A DNA stretch of 64,000 nucleotides, taken from contig JAJYWL010000016.1 in NCBI GenBank assembly GCA_021791545.1, positions 155,704 through 219,703 on the forward strand. The letters are read 5' to 3'. Position 1 is the stretch's first letter. Every line of letters begins with the position of its first letter. This DNA comes from a bacterium. GTDB taxonomy: Bacteria; Patescibacteriota; Microgenomatia; Levybacterales; UBA12049. A model generated the notes under the pieces. The model worked only from the letters and a program-made list of their open reading frames with translations. It did no database searches and was not told the origin of the DNA. The position numbers were made by a program, and so were the translations under genes. Below, piece after piece: positions 46,846 to 57,348 of this stretch.

Positions 46846-49800
46846 TAATAACAACGAAAGAAAAAATAAAGATATAACCATTTTGGACTTTAAAGCCCTT
46901 AAGCTTTTACTTGCTAACAAAGAGGACATAATGAACTGGTCCTATGGCGAAGTTACAAAGCCTGAGACCATAAACTACAGAACATTAAGACCTGAAAAAG
47001 ACGGTTTATTCGACGAGAGAATTTTTGGACCTACGAAAGACTGGGAATGTTATTGCGGAAAATATAAGAGAATAAGAAATAGAGGAATAATCTGCGATAA
47101 ATGCGGAGTCGAAGTTACTTTATCAAGAGTAAGAAGAGAGAGAATGGGACACATTTCTCTTTCCGCACCCGTTGCGCACGTTTGGTTCTTTAAGGGTGCA
47201 TCTTCACCACTGTCCCTTATCTTGGACATGCCACAAAAAAGCCTTGAGTCTGTAATCTATTATGCATCATATCTGGTAGTCGATATCGATGAAGAAAAGA
47301 AAAAGGAAGCTTTGTCTACTTTGGACCAGACAATTAACGACAGAAAAGAAGAACAGAAGAAGCAGATGGAAGAAGAGGAAAAGAGAATTGAAGAAGAAAT
47401 GTCCGAAAAGACAAAAGAAACAAAAGGTAAAGTAAAAGGTGAACAGAAAGATTTGGTCCAACAGGAATTGGAACTTCAGAAGAGACAAAGAATTGCAAAA
47501 CTTGCAGACAGATTTGCATCAGAAAACAAGAAATTAGACGAAATATCCGAAGCTTTGGGAAGACTTCTTAAGAGTCTTAAAATTGGAAGCGTTTTATCTG
47601 AAGACGAATACTTCAAGATCATGGAATATGATATTCCGGTCTTTTTCACAATAAAAACAGGAGCAGAAGGTCTTATGGAATTAGTTACCAAAGTAGATCT
47701 TTCCCAGCTTATCGTTGATTTAAGAGAAGAAACAGAAAAATCAAAAGGACAAAGATACTTCAAACTTATAAAGAGATTGAGACTTTTGGAAGCAATGAGA
47801 AAAGCAAATATCTCTGCAGCAGCAATGGTATTCCAGGTACTTCCTGTTATCCCACCGGATCTTAGGCCTATGGTTCAGCTCTCGGGTGGAAGATTTGCAA
47901 CATCAGATCTTAACGATTTGTATAGAAGAGTTATCAACAGAAATAACAGATTAAGACACTTAATATCACTCGGAGCACCTGAAATAATCTTAAGAAACGA
48001 AAAAAGAATGCTTCAGGAATCTGTTGATTCGTTAATCGACGCATCACAAAGATCAAACCAGGTAGTTTCTTCACCTTTGAGATCACTTTCGGACATGTTA
48101 AGAGGAAAACAGGGAAGATTTAGGCAGAATCTTTTGGGAAAAAGAGTTGACTATTCAGGAAGATCGGTAATCGTAGTAGGGCCTCAGCTTACACTTTCTC
48201 AGTGCGGACTTCCAAAAGAAATGGCTTTGGAAATGTTCAAACCTTTTGTTTTGAGAGAAGTAATAGTAAGAGGATATGCTCCAAACATAAAGAGTGCAAA
48301 GAGATTTATAGAGAAAAGAAGCCCTGAAGTATTCGATATCTTGGAAGAAATAACAAAGAATCATCCAGTTTTACTTAACCGTGCACCTACACTTCATAAA
48401 TTAGGTATTCAGGCTTTCTATCCAGTACTTACTGAAGGAGCCGCAATTTCACTTCACCCTTGCGTTTGCGCAGGTTACAATGCTGACTTTGACGGAGATC
48501 AGATGGCTGTACATATTCCTTTGAGCGAAAAAGCACAGGAAGAAGCAATCGAGCTTATGATGCCAAAACATAACCTTTTGAAACCTGCAGACGGAAGCCC
48601 TATTACACTTCCTAACAAAGAAATGGCTGTCGGAATCTTCTATCTCACATCAGTTGACGAGACTCTTAGAAAAGAAGAACTCCTTAGTTTCATGGATATG
48701 ACAGAAGCTTTCCTTGCTCATTCGGAAGGAAAAGTAAAACTAAGAGAACCTGTAAATGTAAAAGTTGAGAACAAATTGATCGAAACAACCGTCGGAAGAT
48801 TGATGTTAAACGAAAGACTTCCTGAAAACTTCGGGTTCGTAAACGAAGCAGTAAAAGCATCAGGAATTAAGAAATTAATCACAAGAGCAATCCAGTCAAG
48901 AACAGCAGATGAAGTAGAAGATTTAATCGATAACATCAAATCGTTAGGATTTTATGGATCAACCGTTTCAGGAATTTCGGTATCTGTATTCGATAACGAA
49001 ATGGTAGAAGAAAAAGACAAGCTTATCGAGGAAGCGGAAGAAAAAGTTGCAGGAATAGAAAATGACTATCAGGAAGGACTTATCACAAACGAAGAAAAGA
49101 AAAGACTTTCAAATGAAGTATGGCTTGCAACTACAGATAAGATTGCAGACTTAACATGGAACAATCTTAAGACAGGAAACGTAATAAGAACAATCATCGA
49201 CTCAGAAGGAGCAAGAGCAGGAAAAGAACAGCTCAAACAGCTCTCTGCTATGAGAGGTCTTATCCTTGATCCTCTAGGAAAGATTGTTGAACTTCCCGTT
49301 AAATCAAACTTCAGAGAAGGTCTTTCAATCTTTGAATACGTAGCATCGGCAAGAGGTTCAAGAAAAGGACTTACAGATTCAGCCTTAAAGACAGCAAACG
49401 CAGGATACTTAACAAGAAGATTGGTCGATGTTTCCCATGACGTAATAATAAGAGGAGAAGATTGCGGAACAACCGAGGGAATTCTTGTAAGAGCGGAAGA
49501 ACCAGGAAGAACAACAGCTTTTGATCTTAGGATTTTGGGAAGATTTGCTGCAACTAAAGTTGTATCTCCAAAAGACAAGAAAACAATCCTTAATGCAGGA
49601 GAAGAAATAACAGAAGAAAAAGCAAAAGAAGTCGTGGCAGCAGGAGTAGAAGAAATGGTTGTCAGATCCGCAATAACTTGCAAACAGGAATACGGTCTTT
49701 GCGTAAAATGCTACGGATGGGACTTTTCAACAAGAAGAAGTGTTGAAGAAGGTGTACCTGTGGGAGTAGTAGCAGCACAGTCAATCGGAGAACCTGGAAC

Positions 49801-50644
49801 ACAGCTTACCATGAGGGTTAGACACTTTGGAGGAGTCGTAATGTCTGACGTTACCCAGGGTCTTCCTAGAGTTGAAGAACTCTTTGAAATGAGAACACCT
49901 AAGAGTCTTTCTCCTATTTCCGACATATCAGGAAAAGTAAAGATCGAGACAACAGATGACGGTTACATGGTCAAGATAACAAATTCCAAAGTTAAACCTA
50001 ATGAAGAAAGAGAATTCTTTGTTCCTTTGTCTTCAACACTTAATGTTTCTGACGGGGACGATATAAGCGTCGGAACACAGATTGCGATGGGATATCTTGA
50101 TCCTAAGGAAGTAATAAAGATTAAGGGAATGACAGATGCACAGATGTACATAATGAACGAAGCCCAGAAGGTTTACGAGTCTCAGGGAATCGGAATCAAC
50201 GACAAGCATTTTGAAGTTGTCCTTAGAAAGATGTCCGATAAAGTAATAGTAGAGACAGTCGGAGATACATCCCTTATTCCTGGAGACTTTATCACAAAGA
50301 CAAGATTTGAAGAAATAAATGCAGAAGTATTATCTCAAGGAGGAGAACCTGCAACTGCAAGACAGGTAATCCTTGGAATAACAAAGTCATCTTTGTTCTC
50401 AGATTCATGGCTTTCAGCTTCATCCTTCCAGGAAACAACAAAAGTATTAACAGATGCAGCACTCGAGGGAGCAGAAGATAGATTGGTCGGACTTAAGGAA
50501 AACGTTATTATCGGAAGACTTATTCCGGTTGAGGGAAAAGATGTCGAAGTAGCAGTTGAAGCCCCAAATGAAGAGGAAATGACCACAATAGAAACAAAGG
50601 TTGCGCCAGTAGAGGTTGAAGAACCGGGTGCTTCTGCTGTATAA
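46838..50644 (+). CDS. rpoC: RNA polymerase beta' subunit
   Basis: NADFDGD, Zn-finger CYCGK..CDKC and [10 protein letters not shown]. Confidence 0.99.
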   Translation: MNNNNNERKNKDITILDFKALKLLLANKEDIMNWSYGEVTKPETINYRTLRPEKDGLFDERIFGPTKDWECYCGKYKRIRNRGIICDKCGVEVTLSRVRRERMGHISLSAPVAHVWFFKGASSPLSLILDMPQKSLESVIYYASYLVVDIDEEKKKEALSTLDQTINDRKEEQKKQMEEEEKRIEEEMSEKTKETKGKVKGEQKDLVQQELELQKRQRIAKLADRFASENKKLDEISEALGRLLKSLKIGSVLSEDEYFKIMEYDIPVFFTIKTGAEGLMELVTKVDLSQLIVDLREETEKSKGQRYFKLIKRLRLLEAMRKANISAAAMVFQVLPVIPPDLRPMVQLSGGRFATSDLNDLYRRVINRNNRLRHLISLGAPEIILRNEKRMLQESVDSLIDASQRSNQVVSSPLRSLSDMLRGKQGRFRQNLLGKRVDYSGRSVIVVGPQLTLSQCGLPKEMALEMFKPFVLREVIVRGYAPNIKSAKRFIEKRSPEVFDILEEITKNHPVLLNRAPTLHKLGIQAFYPVLTEGAAISLHPCVCAGYNADFDGDQMAVHIPLSEKAQEEAIELMMPKHNLLKPADGSPITLPNKEMAVGIFYLTSVDETLRKEELLSFMDMTEAFLAHSEGKVKLREPVNVKVENKLIETTVGRLMLNERLPENFGFVNEAVKASGIKKLITRAIQSRTADEVEDLIDNIKSLGFYGSTVSGISVSVFDNEMVEEKDKLIEEAEEKVAGIENDYQEGLITNEEKKRLSNEVWLATTDKIADLTWNNLKTGNVIRTIIDSEGARAGKEQLKQLSAMRGLILDPLGKIVELPVKSNFREGLSIFEYVASARGSRKGLTDSALKTANAGYLTRRLVDVSHDVIIRGEDCGTTEGILVRAEEPGRTTAFDLRILGRFAATKVVSPKDKKTILNAGEEITEEKAKEVVAAGVEEMVVRSAITCKQEYGLCVKCYGWDFSTRRSVEEGVPVGVVAAQSIGEPGTQLTMRVRHFGGVVMSDVTQGLPRVEELFEMRTPKSLSPISDISGKVKIETTDDGYMVKITNSKVKPNEEREFFVPLSSTLNVSDGDDISVGTQIAMGYLDPKEVIKIKGMTDAQMYIMNEAQKVYESQGIGINDKHFEVVLRKMSDKVIVETVGDTSLIPGDFITKTRFEEINAEVLSQGGEPATARQVILGITKSSLFSDSWLSASSFQETTKVLTDAALEGAEDRLVGLKENVIIGRLIPVEGKDVEVAVEAPNEEEMTTIETKVAPVEVEEPGASAV

Positions 50645-50658
50645 TTGACACTCGAATT

Positions 50659-51135
50659 ATGCCAACGTTATCACAACTATCAAGAAAAGGAAGAATTAAA
50701 AAGGCAAAGAAGATAAGATCAACAGGTCTTAGAAGACTTTTTAATGCAAAAGACAGGATCTATTCCAACGAGCCTGCTCCTCAAAAGAGGGGAGTTGTCA
50801 CTTTGGTAAAAACAATGACTCCTAAGAAACCTAACTCGGCTCTTAGAAAAGTTGCAAGAGTAAAACTTTCAAATAGGGTTGAAGTTACAGCATATATTCA
50901 AGGCGTTGGCCATTCTCTTTCAGAACACGGAATCGTTTTGGTAAGAGGTGGAAGAGTAAAGGATCTACCGGGAGTTAAATATCATATTGTAAGAGGAAAA
51001 TTTGATTTACAGGGAGTAGAAGGAAGAAAATCTTCAAGAAGCAAATACGGAGTTAAAAAGAGCGGTTCAGGACCTGCTAGAATCTCAGGTTCTGCACCTT
51101 CCACAGCAGCACCGGCAGCAGGAGGAGAAGCATAA
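50659..51135 (+). CDS. rpsL: 30S ribosomal protein S12
   Basis: [11 protein letters not shown] and GGRVKDLPG. Confidence 0.98.
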   Translation: MPTLSQLSRKGRIKKAKKIRSTGLRRLFNAKDRIYSNEPAPQKRGVVTLVKTMTPKKPNSALRKVARVKLSNRVEVTAYIQGVGHSLSEHGIVLVRGGRVKDLPGVKYHIVRGKFDLQGVEGRKSSRSKYGVKKSGSGPARISGSAPSTAAPAAGGEA

Positions 51136-51136
51136 A

Positions 51137-51616
51137 ATGGCAAGACATGCAAAAATAGCTAAAAGACAAGTTGAGGCAGATAAAGTTTACCAAAGTGCTT
51201 TGGTTACTAAACTAGTAAATAGGATAATGAAAGACGGCAAGAAAACAGTAGCCGAAAAAGTATTTTATGGAACTTTAGATCTTTTGGGAAAAAATGGTGA
51301 AGATCCAATGAAAGTTTTTGAAGCCGCAATTGCAAATGTAGGTCCTAAAGTAGAAGTAAAAGCAAGAAGAGTCGGAGGAGCTTCATATCAGGTTCCATTG
51401 GAAGTAAGAGGAGATAGAAAACAATCTTTGGCAATAAGATGGATTGTTGAAGCAGCAAGAGCAAGAGCAAACAAAGACTACCATTCATTTGCAGAGAAAT
51501 TGGCAGCAGAAATAGTAGATGCTTCCAAAAACGAAGGAGCAGCAGTTAAGAAAAGAGATACTGTTCACAGAATGGCAGAGGCAAACAGAGCTTTTGCACA
51601 CTTCTCTAGATTCTAA
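51137..51616 (+). CDS. rpsG: 30S ribosomal protein S7
   Basis: RRVGGASYQVP and HRMAEANRAFAH. Confidence 0.98.
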   Translation: MARHAKIAKRQVEADKVYQSALVTKLVNRIMKDGKKTVAEKVFYGTLDLLGKNGEDPMKVFEAAIANVGPKVEVKARRVGGASYQVPLEVRGDRKQSLAIRWIVEAARARANKDYHSFAEKLAAEIVDASKNEGAAVKKRDTVHRMAEANRAFAHFSRF

Positions 51617-52239
51617 TTTAACCTCTGAGGACCCTCTTCGCTCTCTTTATTTATATCTATATCTGGTCTTGGGATAAATGTAGTTTCAATTTCTTCATCA
51701 GTTAACCCTCTGAGATATGACCTGCTTCTTGATGGTAGACTGAGTATTTTTGCTTTAACTTGTTCAGGAAAACCCTCTCCTTCAATTTCAGCTAGAATTT
51801 TATTTACCATACCTACGGTTTGTTCGGGAGTTGAGTACTTACCAGAAAGAACATCTTTTCCATTTTCTCCTTCGAATATCCTTTTTAAAAGTTGTTCATA
51901 GAAATCAAAAATAGGGGTTAAATGTTTTCGTTCGCTCGTGTACAAGCCAAATTCGTAAAAGTCATCAAGTAATCCAATATTTATATTATCTTTGTCAAAG
52001 TTACTTTGAAAATTACAAAGTTCTACCATATTTCTTCCCACTCTTCCGCCAATTCCTCCCTCAACTCCAAACCCAGGGTTTGATAGACCAAACTTTGTCA
52101 TTAAAGCACCGTTTAAAAGTACTGTCATAAGATCTCTTTGTGGAATTTCTCTGTAATATGTGTCTACCCAAACGCCAAATATTGCTCTTGTGACTTGTAG
52201 ATTGGGATAATGTCTTTCTTTTCTTTCTGGGTCTGCCAT
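51613..52239 (-). CDS. Hypothetical protein inserted between rpsG and fusA
   Basis: 208-aa ORF; TAAAAT 6 nt before the ATG; stop overlaps the rpsG stop. Confidence 0.7.
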   Translation of the reverse strand: MADPERKERHYPNLQVTRAIFGVWVDTYYREIPQRDLMTVLLNGALMTKFGLSNPGFGVEGGIGGRVGRNMVELCNFQSNFDKDNINIGLLDDFYEFGLYTSERKHLTPIFDFYEQLLKRIFEGENGKDVLSGKYSTPEQTVGMVNKILAEIEGEGFPEQVKAKILSLPSRSRSYLRGLTDEEIETTFIPRPDIDINKESEEGPQRLN

Positions 52240-52358
52240 TGTCGGATTTTACGCTTTTAATATAGTAATTGCAACTTAATTTTAAGCTAGATTAGATTTA
52301 TCTTTTATGGTATAATTTTAGAGCTCTTCCTGAGGGAGAGTTTTTTTAAGTTTAAAAT

Positions 52359-54464
52359 ATGGCAGAACAGCATACAAAAGATTTAAGTAAAGTAAGAAAT
52401 ATTGGAATTATCGCGCACATTGATGCGGGAAAGACCACAACAACCGAAAGAATTCTTTTCTACACAGGAAAGACCTACAAAATCGGTGATATTGACGAGG
52501 GAAACACCCAGATGGACTGGATGGAACAGGAAAGAGAAAGAGGAATCACTATCGTTTCTGCTGCAACTACAGCTTTCTGGAAAGATTACAGAGTAAATAT
52601 TATAGATACTCCCGGTCACGTAGACTTCACAGCAGAAGTAGAAAGATCTTTGAGAGTTTTAGACGGAGGCATTACCGTACTTGATGCAGAAGAAGGAGTA
52701 CAGTCTCAGTCAGAAACAGTATGGAGACAGGCAGATAAATACAAAGTTCCAAGGCTTTGCTTTGTAAACAAGATGGATAAGCTTGGTGCAGACTTTTTGG
52801 CAACAGTAAAATCTATTGAAGATAGATTAGGTGCAAATCCTCTCATCATGACTCTTCCTATCGGTTCTGAACAGACATTTAAAGGTATAGTCCACCTTTT
52901 GGATATGAAGTCATATATCTGGGGTTCAGATGAGCTTGGAGCAAAATTCGAAGTATCAGATGAAATTCCAGAAGAAATGAAAGCACAAGTTGAAGAATAT
53001 AGACATAAACTTATTGAGAAAGTTGCAGAAACAGACGATGTGTTAATCGATAAATACCTAAACGGAGAAGAAATTTCAGATGAAGAGCTTAAGGCAGCAT
53101 TAAGAAGAGCAGTAATTTCTTATAAATTAGTTCCTATTTTCGCAGGTTCGTCTTTGAGAAACAAAGGAGTTCAGCCTCTCTTGGATGCAGTTATAGATTA
53201 TCTTCCTTCGCCTTTGGACGTAGGAGCAATAAAAGGATTTAACCCTAAAACACAGGAAGAAGAAGAAAGAAAACCTGAAGATTCAGAACCTTTTGCAGGA
53301 CTTGCCTTCAAAATCCAGATAGATCCTCATGTAGGAAAATTGACATACTTTAGAGTCTATTCAGGAAAAGTAGAAGCAGGCTCATATATCCATAACTCTA
53401 CAAAGAATACTACTGAAAGAGTCGGAAGAATTCTTTTAATGCATGCAAATCATAGAGAGGAAATTAAAGAAGCTTTTGCAGGAGAAATCGTAGCATTGGT
53501 AGGACTTAAAGATACGGGAACAGGAGATACTCTTTGTGACGAAAAAGCTCCTATCGTTTTGGAACAGATTTCATTCCCTGAACCTGTTATTTCCTTGGCA
53601 ATCGAACCTAAAACAAAAGCAGACCAGGAAAAATTAGGCCTTGCATTAAAGAGACTTTCAGAAGAGGATCCAACATTCGGAATCAAGACAAACCACGAAA
53701 CGGGACAGACAATTATCTCAGGAATGGGAGAACTTCAGCTCGAAGTTATGGTAGACAGAATGAAGAGAGAATTTGGAGTTTTGGCAAACGTCGGAGCTCC
53801 ACAGGTAGCTTATAAAGAAACAATAAAACAAGAAGCAGAGGGAGAAGGAAAATACATAAGACAATCCGGAGGAAGAGGACAATATGGACACTGTTGGTTA
53901 AGAATTAAACCAAAGCCAAGAGGAGAAGGATACGAGTTTATAGATGCAATTAAGGGAGGAGCAATTCCTGCAGAATTCGTAAAAGCAATCGAAAAAGGAG
54001 TCTCAGAAACCTTGGCAAACGGAATACTTCTCGGATATCCGGTCGTCGATATGGAAGTAACTGTATATGACGGATCATTCCACGAAGTTGACTCATCAGA
54101 AGTAGCATTTAAGATTGCAGCATCACAGGCTTTACAGGCAGCTTCCAAAAAAGCAGACATGGTGTTACTTGAGCCTATCATGAAAGTTGAAGTCACAACC
54201 CCAAGCGAATATATGGGAGATGTAATCGGAGATTTGTCTTCAAAGAGAGCTCAGATTATGGGAACTGAAGAAAAAGGAAAAGCAACAGTAATTTTGGCAA
54301 TGGTTCCTTTGGCAGAACTATCAGGATATGCAACTACATTAAGATCCATGTCACAGGGAAGAGCTTCATATTACATGGAACCATCACACTACGAGGAAGT
54401 ACCTCAGAATATTGTCCAACAGATGTTGGCAAAATCAACCTTCACAGGAAGAGTAGAAGCTTAA
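52359..54464 (+). CDS. fusA: Elongation factor G
   Basis: [29 protein letters not shown] and GGRGQYGH. Confidence 0.99.
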   Translation: MAEQHTKDLSKVRNIGIIAHIDAGKTTTTERILFYTGKTYKIGDIDEGNTQMDWMEQERERGITIVSAATTAFWKDYRVNIIDTPGHVDFTAEVERSLRVLDGGITVLDAEEGVQSQSETVWRQADKYKVPRLCFVNKMDKLGADFLATVKSIEDRLGANPLIMTLPIGSEQTFKGIVHLLDMKSYIWGSDELGAKFEVSDEIPEEMKAQVEEYRHKLIEKVAETDDVLIDKYLNGEEISDEELKAALRRAVISYKLVPIFAGSSLRNKGVQPLLDAVIDYLPSPLDVGAIKGFNPKTQEEEERKPEDSEPFAGLAFKIQIDPHVGKLTYFRVYSGKVEAGSYIHNSTKNTTERVGRILLMHANHREEIKEAFAGEIVALVGLKDTGTGDTLCDEKAPIVLEQISFPEPVISLAIEPKTKADQEKLGLALKRLSEEDPTFGIKTNHETGQTIISGMGELQLEVMVDRMKREFGVLANVGAPQVAYKETIKQEAEGEGKYIRQSGGRGQYGHCWLRIKPKPRGEGYEFIDAIKGGAIPAEFVKAIEKGVSETLANGILLGYPVVDMEVTVYDGSFHEVDSSEVAFKIAASQALQAASKKADMVLLEPIMKVEVTTPSEYMGDVIGDLSSKRAQIMGTEEKGKATVILAMVPLAELSGYATTLRSMSQGRASYYMEPSHYEEVPQNIVQQMLAKSTFTGRVEA

Positions 54465-55060
54465 GAAGTAAATTCGTCTCCGAAAATAGTTTCTCTTTGA
54501 TATCCAAAAGTCTTTTCTTTTTGTCTTACTGCTTCCAAAGCTATTCCTACGGCAATATTGATAAAGGCTCCTCTTACTGCGTCGTTTACGCTCATTTCGC
54601 TTAATTTTCCTATAGGTGTTTCCAGTGCAATTCTTCTATCCAAATATGAGTCAGGAAAGCCTTTGAGGTTTGCTTCAAGGATGCCTGCTAAAGCAAAAAG
54701 ACCGTCAAATCTCTCTTGAAATCTTCCTACTTCCTTTTTTCTTCTTCCTCTTAGATCGTATCTTTCAACTTGGTTTTTGGTTATTCCCAAGAAGTGAGCT
54801 ATTTTGTGATCATCGTATTTTAAGGTTTCCTTTATAAATCTTAATCTTGCTCTTTTTGAAGTTAATTCAGGTCGTGCTTCTAGTTGTTCATTAAAAGCAT
54901 CGGATGCGTTTCTTCTTAATGCTACATCTGCATCTTCGGGTAGTACTCTTTCAGGAATTGCCAATTCCACGCTAGGGGTTAAATTAAATTCTCCCGTTAA
55001 GAGAGGTTTTTTTGTTTTACTCCTTAATTCTTCTAATGTTGGTCTTCCGTCTGTTTCCAT
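54461..55060 (-). CDS. Hypothetical HTH protein, weakly similar to Xre/MbcA/ParS antitoxins
   Basis: [15 protein letters not shown] helix-turn-helix; C-terminal [17 protein letters not shown]. Confidence 0.5.
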   Translation of the reverse strand: METDGRPTLEELRSKTKKPLLTGEFNLTPSVELAIPERVLPEDADVALRRNASDAFNEQLEARPELTSKRARLRFIKETLKYDDHKIAHFLGITKNQVERYDLRGRRKKEVGRFQERFDGLFALAGILEANLKGFPDSYLDRRIALETPIGKLSEMSVNDAVRGAFINIAVGIALEAVRQKEKTFGYQRETIFGDEFTS

Positions 55061-55161
55061 GACATTAAATATTATAGGATAATTAAATAAAAGTCAATTC
55101 TACTTTATTAACTCAACTAATTTCTTACATAAATCCCATAATTACCTACTATTATTTCTGT

Positions 55162-55449
55162 ATGACTATAAGCATAGAGCAGGGTTCCAGAGGTGAAGAA
55201 AGTCAATTTGATCTTGAAAGAGATCAGGAAATTGATGTTTCTGTGGTAAATAGGAGGCTTATTAAGGTGAGAAAAATTACTTTAAGTGCTGTAGATGACG
55301 ATACTCTTAGAGTTAGTATGGGTGAAAGGAAAGGTAAAAAGATTAGCATTACAAGAAGAGGGGAATCAATCAATGTTTTTAACAGAAATATTAGGATGAG
55401 ATCGGAGGGAAAACCCGTAAAAGTTTTCTGGCATCCAAAGATGAGCTGA
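55162..55449 (+). CDS. Hypothetical protein
   Basis: 95-aa beta-rich basic ORF; TATTAT 6 nt before the ATG. Confidence 0.6.
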   Translation: MTISIEQGSRGEESQFDLERDQEIDVSVVNRRLIKVRKITLSAVDDDTLRVSMGERKGKKISITRRGESINVFNRNIRMRSEGKPVKVFWHPKMS

Positions 55450-55539
55450 TAGTTATTTCTTACCCTCTTCTTACCGAATTCTAAGCAGTTTCTTCGCGAG
55501 TTAGGACTAATATACTTGGCATATGGTATCCTTTACCAC

Positions 55540-55570
55540 AAATGGGACCGCAAACACGGTCTCATTTTTT
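55540..55570 (+). terminator. Intrinsic terminator
   Basis: AAATGGGACCG-CAAACA-CGGTCTCATTT plus a T-tract. Confidence 0.7.
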
Positions 55571-55663
55571 AGAAACATGATAAAGTTATATATTAACTTT
55601 TTGCTAAGCGTTTAAAACGCGTTTTAGCCTTGAAAAGTGCTTCTAGAGAGCTATTTTTCCCTA

Positions 55664-55692
55664 TTGACGTAATTTAAGATATAGTGTAATAT
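55664..55692 (+). promoter_or_regulatory. tuf promoter
   Basis: TTGACG-17 nt-TAATAT. Confidence 0.6.
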
Positions 55693-55730
55693 TATTCTTG
55701 ACCTTTGGAAAGGTCATTTTTTTCGACAAT

Positions 55731-56912
55731 ATGGCAGACACATTTCAAAGAACAAAACCACATGTAAATATCGGGACCATCGGTCACGTAGATCATGGTA
55801 AGACAACATTAACTTCAGCAATAACAACCGTTCTTGCAAAGAAGGGTTTGGCAACAGCAAGAAAATATGAAGATATTGATAATGCTCCAGAAGAAAGAGC
55901 AAGAGGAGTCACGATCAATATTTCCCACCAGGAATACGAAACAGACAAAAGACACTATGCACACATCGATGCACCAGGTCACGCAGATTACATTAAGAAC
56001 ATGATTACAGGAGCCGCCCAAATGGACGGTGCAATCCTCGTAGTCTCAGCCCCAGACGGACCTATGCCTCAGACAAGAGAACACATTTTACTAGCACATC
56101 AAGTACAGGTTCCATCAATCGTAGTTTTCCTTAACAAATGCGATATGGTACAGGATCCAGAACTTTTGGATCTCGTTGAAATGGAAGTAAGAGAACTTCT
56201 CACAAAATATCAGTATCCCGGAAATGATGTACCAATCATAAGAGGATCAGCACTTAAAGCTCTCGAAGGAGATGCAGAAGCAGAAAAACAGATCCTTGCA
56301 TTAATGGATGCAGTTGATGAATACATTCCTACACCTGTAAGAGATACAGCAAAACCATTCCTTATGCCTGTAGAAGACGTCTTCTCAATCAAAGGAAGAG
56401 GAACAGTTGTAACAGGAAGAATCTCAAGAGGAATAGTAAAAGTAAACGACCCAGTTGAAATAGTCGGAATCAAAGCAACAAAAGCATCTGTTGTAACCGG
56501 AGTAGAAATGTTTAGAAAACAATTAGACGAAGGACAAGCAGGAGACAACGTTGGAATTCTTCTTAGAGGAGTCGAAAAACAAGACGTCGAAAGAGGACAG
56601 GTTCTCGCAAAACCAGGATCAATCACACCTCACACGCAATTTGAAGCAGAAGTATATATCCTTACAAAAGAAGAGGGTGGAAGACATACACCATTCTTCA
56701 CAGGATACAGACCTCAATTCTATATCGGGACAACCGACGTAACAGCTGAAGTTGCATTACCTGCAGGTGTAGAAATGGTCATGCCTGGAGACAGCACAAA
56801 GATGACGGTCAAGCTCATAGTTCCAATCGCAATGGAAGAAGGACTTAGATTTGCTATTAGAGAAGGTGGAAAAACTGTTGGAGCAGGAGTAATCTCTAAG
56901 ATTATTGCTTAA
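55731..56912 (+). CDS. tuf: Elongation factor Tu
   Basis: [28 protein letters not shown] and NKCD; start at ATG 55731. Confidence 0.99.
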   Translation: MADTFQRTKPHVNIGTIGHVDHGKTTLTSAITTVLAKKGLATARKYEDIDNAPEERARGVTINISHQEYETDKRHYAHIDAPGHADYIKNMITGAAQMDGAILVVSAPDGPMPQTREHILLAHQVQVPSIVVFLNKCDMVQDPELLDLVEMEVRELLTKYQYPGNDVPIIRGSALKALEGDAEAEKQILALMDAVDEYIPTPVRDTAKPFLMPVEDVFSIKGRGTVVTGRISRGIVKVNDPVEIVGIKATKASVVTGVEMFRKQLDEGQAGDNVGILLRGVEKQDVERGQVLAKPGSITPHTQFEAEVYILTKEEGGRHTPFFTGYRPQFYIGTTDVTAEVALPAGVEMVMPGDSTKMTVKLIVPIAMEEGLRFAIREGGKTVGAGVISKIIA

Positions 56913-56934
56913 TCAGCAGTTTTCTGATAAAATC

Positions 56935-56958
56935 AATGACCGCAAGGTCATTTTTTTT
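56935..56958 (+). terminator. Terminator-like hairpin between tuf and rpsJ
   Basis: AATGACC-GCAA-GGTCATT (GNRA loop) within a T8 tract. Confidence 0.7.
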
Positions 56959-56975
56959 GTAAGAAGGACTTTAAA

Positions 56976-57284
56976 ATGCCAAAAGGAAGAATAAGAGTAC
57001 GTTTAAAAAGCTACGACGCTAGAGTAATAGACTCTACCTGTCAACAAATTTTAGATACGGCCATAAGGACCGGAGCTCAGGTCGTGGGTCCGATACCATT
57101 GCCAACAAGAAGAAGTGTATACGCAGTAAACAAATCCCCATTCATAGATAAAAACGCCAGAGATCATTTTGAAATAAAAGTTCACAAAAGATTAATAGAT
57201 ATAATTTCTCCAACAGAAAAAACAATCGATTCATTAACTCACTTGGAATTACCCGCCGGAGTTAATGTCGAGATTAGAATGTAA
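56976..57284 (+). CDS. rpsJ: 30S ribosomal protein S10
   Basis: IRVRLKSYD, GPIPLPT and HKRLIDI. Confidence 0.98.
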   Translation: MPKGRIRVRLKSYDARVIDSTCQQILDTAIRTGAQVVGPIPLPTRRSVYAVNKSPFIDKNARDHFEIKVHKRLIDIISPTEKTIDSLTHLELPAGVNVEIRM

Positions 57285-57348
57285 TCTCGGCTTATCTCTT
57301 TACCTCTTTAATTGACAAAACAATAAAAATATCCTCTAATATATTAAG

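Noticed and set aside
55577-55615. 12-codon ORF MIKLYINFLLSV as a leader peptide
   Set aside because: Too short, no SD or adjacent -10 box, and no informative codon run
55698-55730. TTG-start extension of EF-Tu
   Set aside because: It lies in the leader hairpin; the canonical N-terminus begins at ATG 55731
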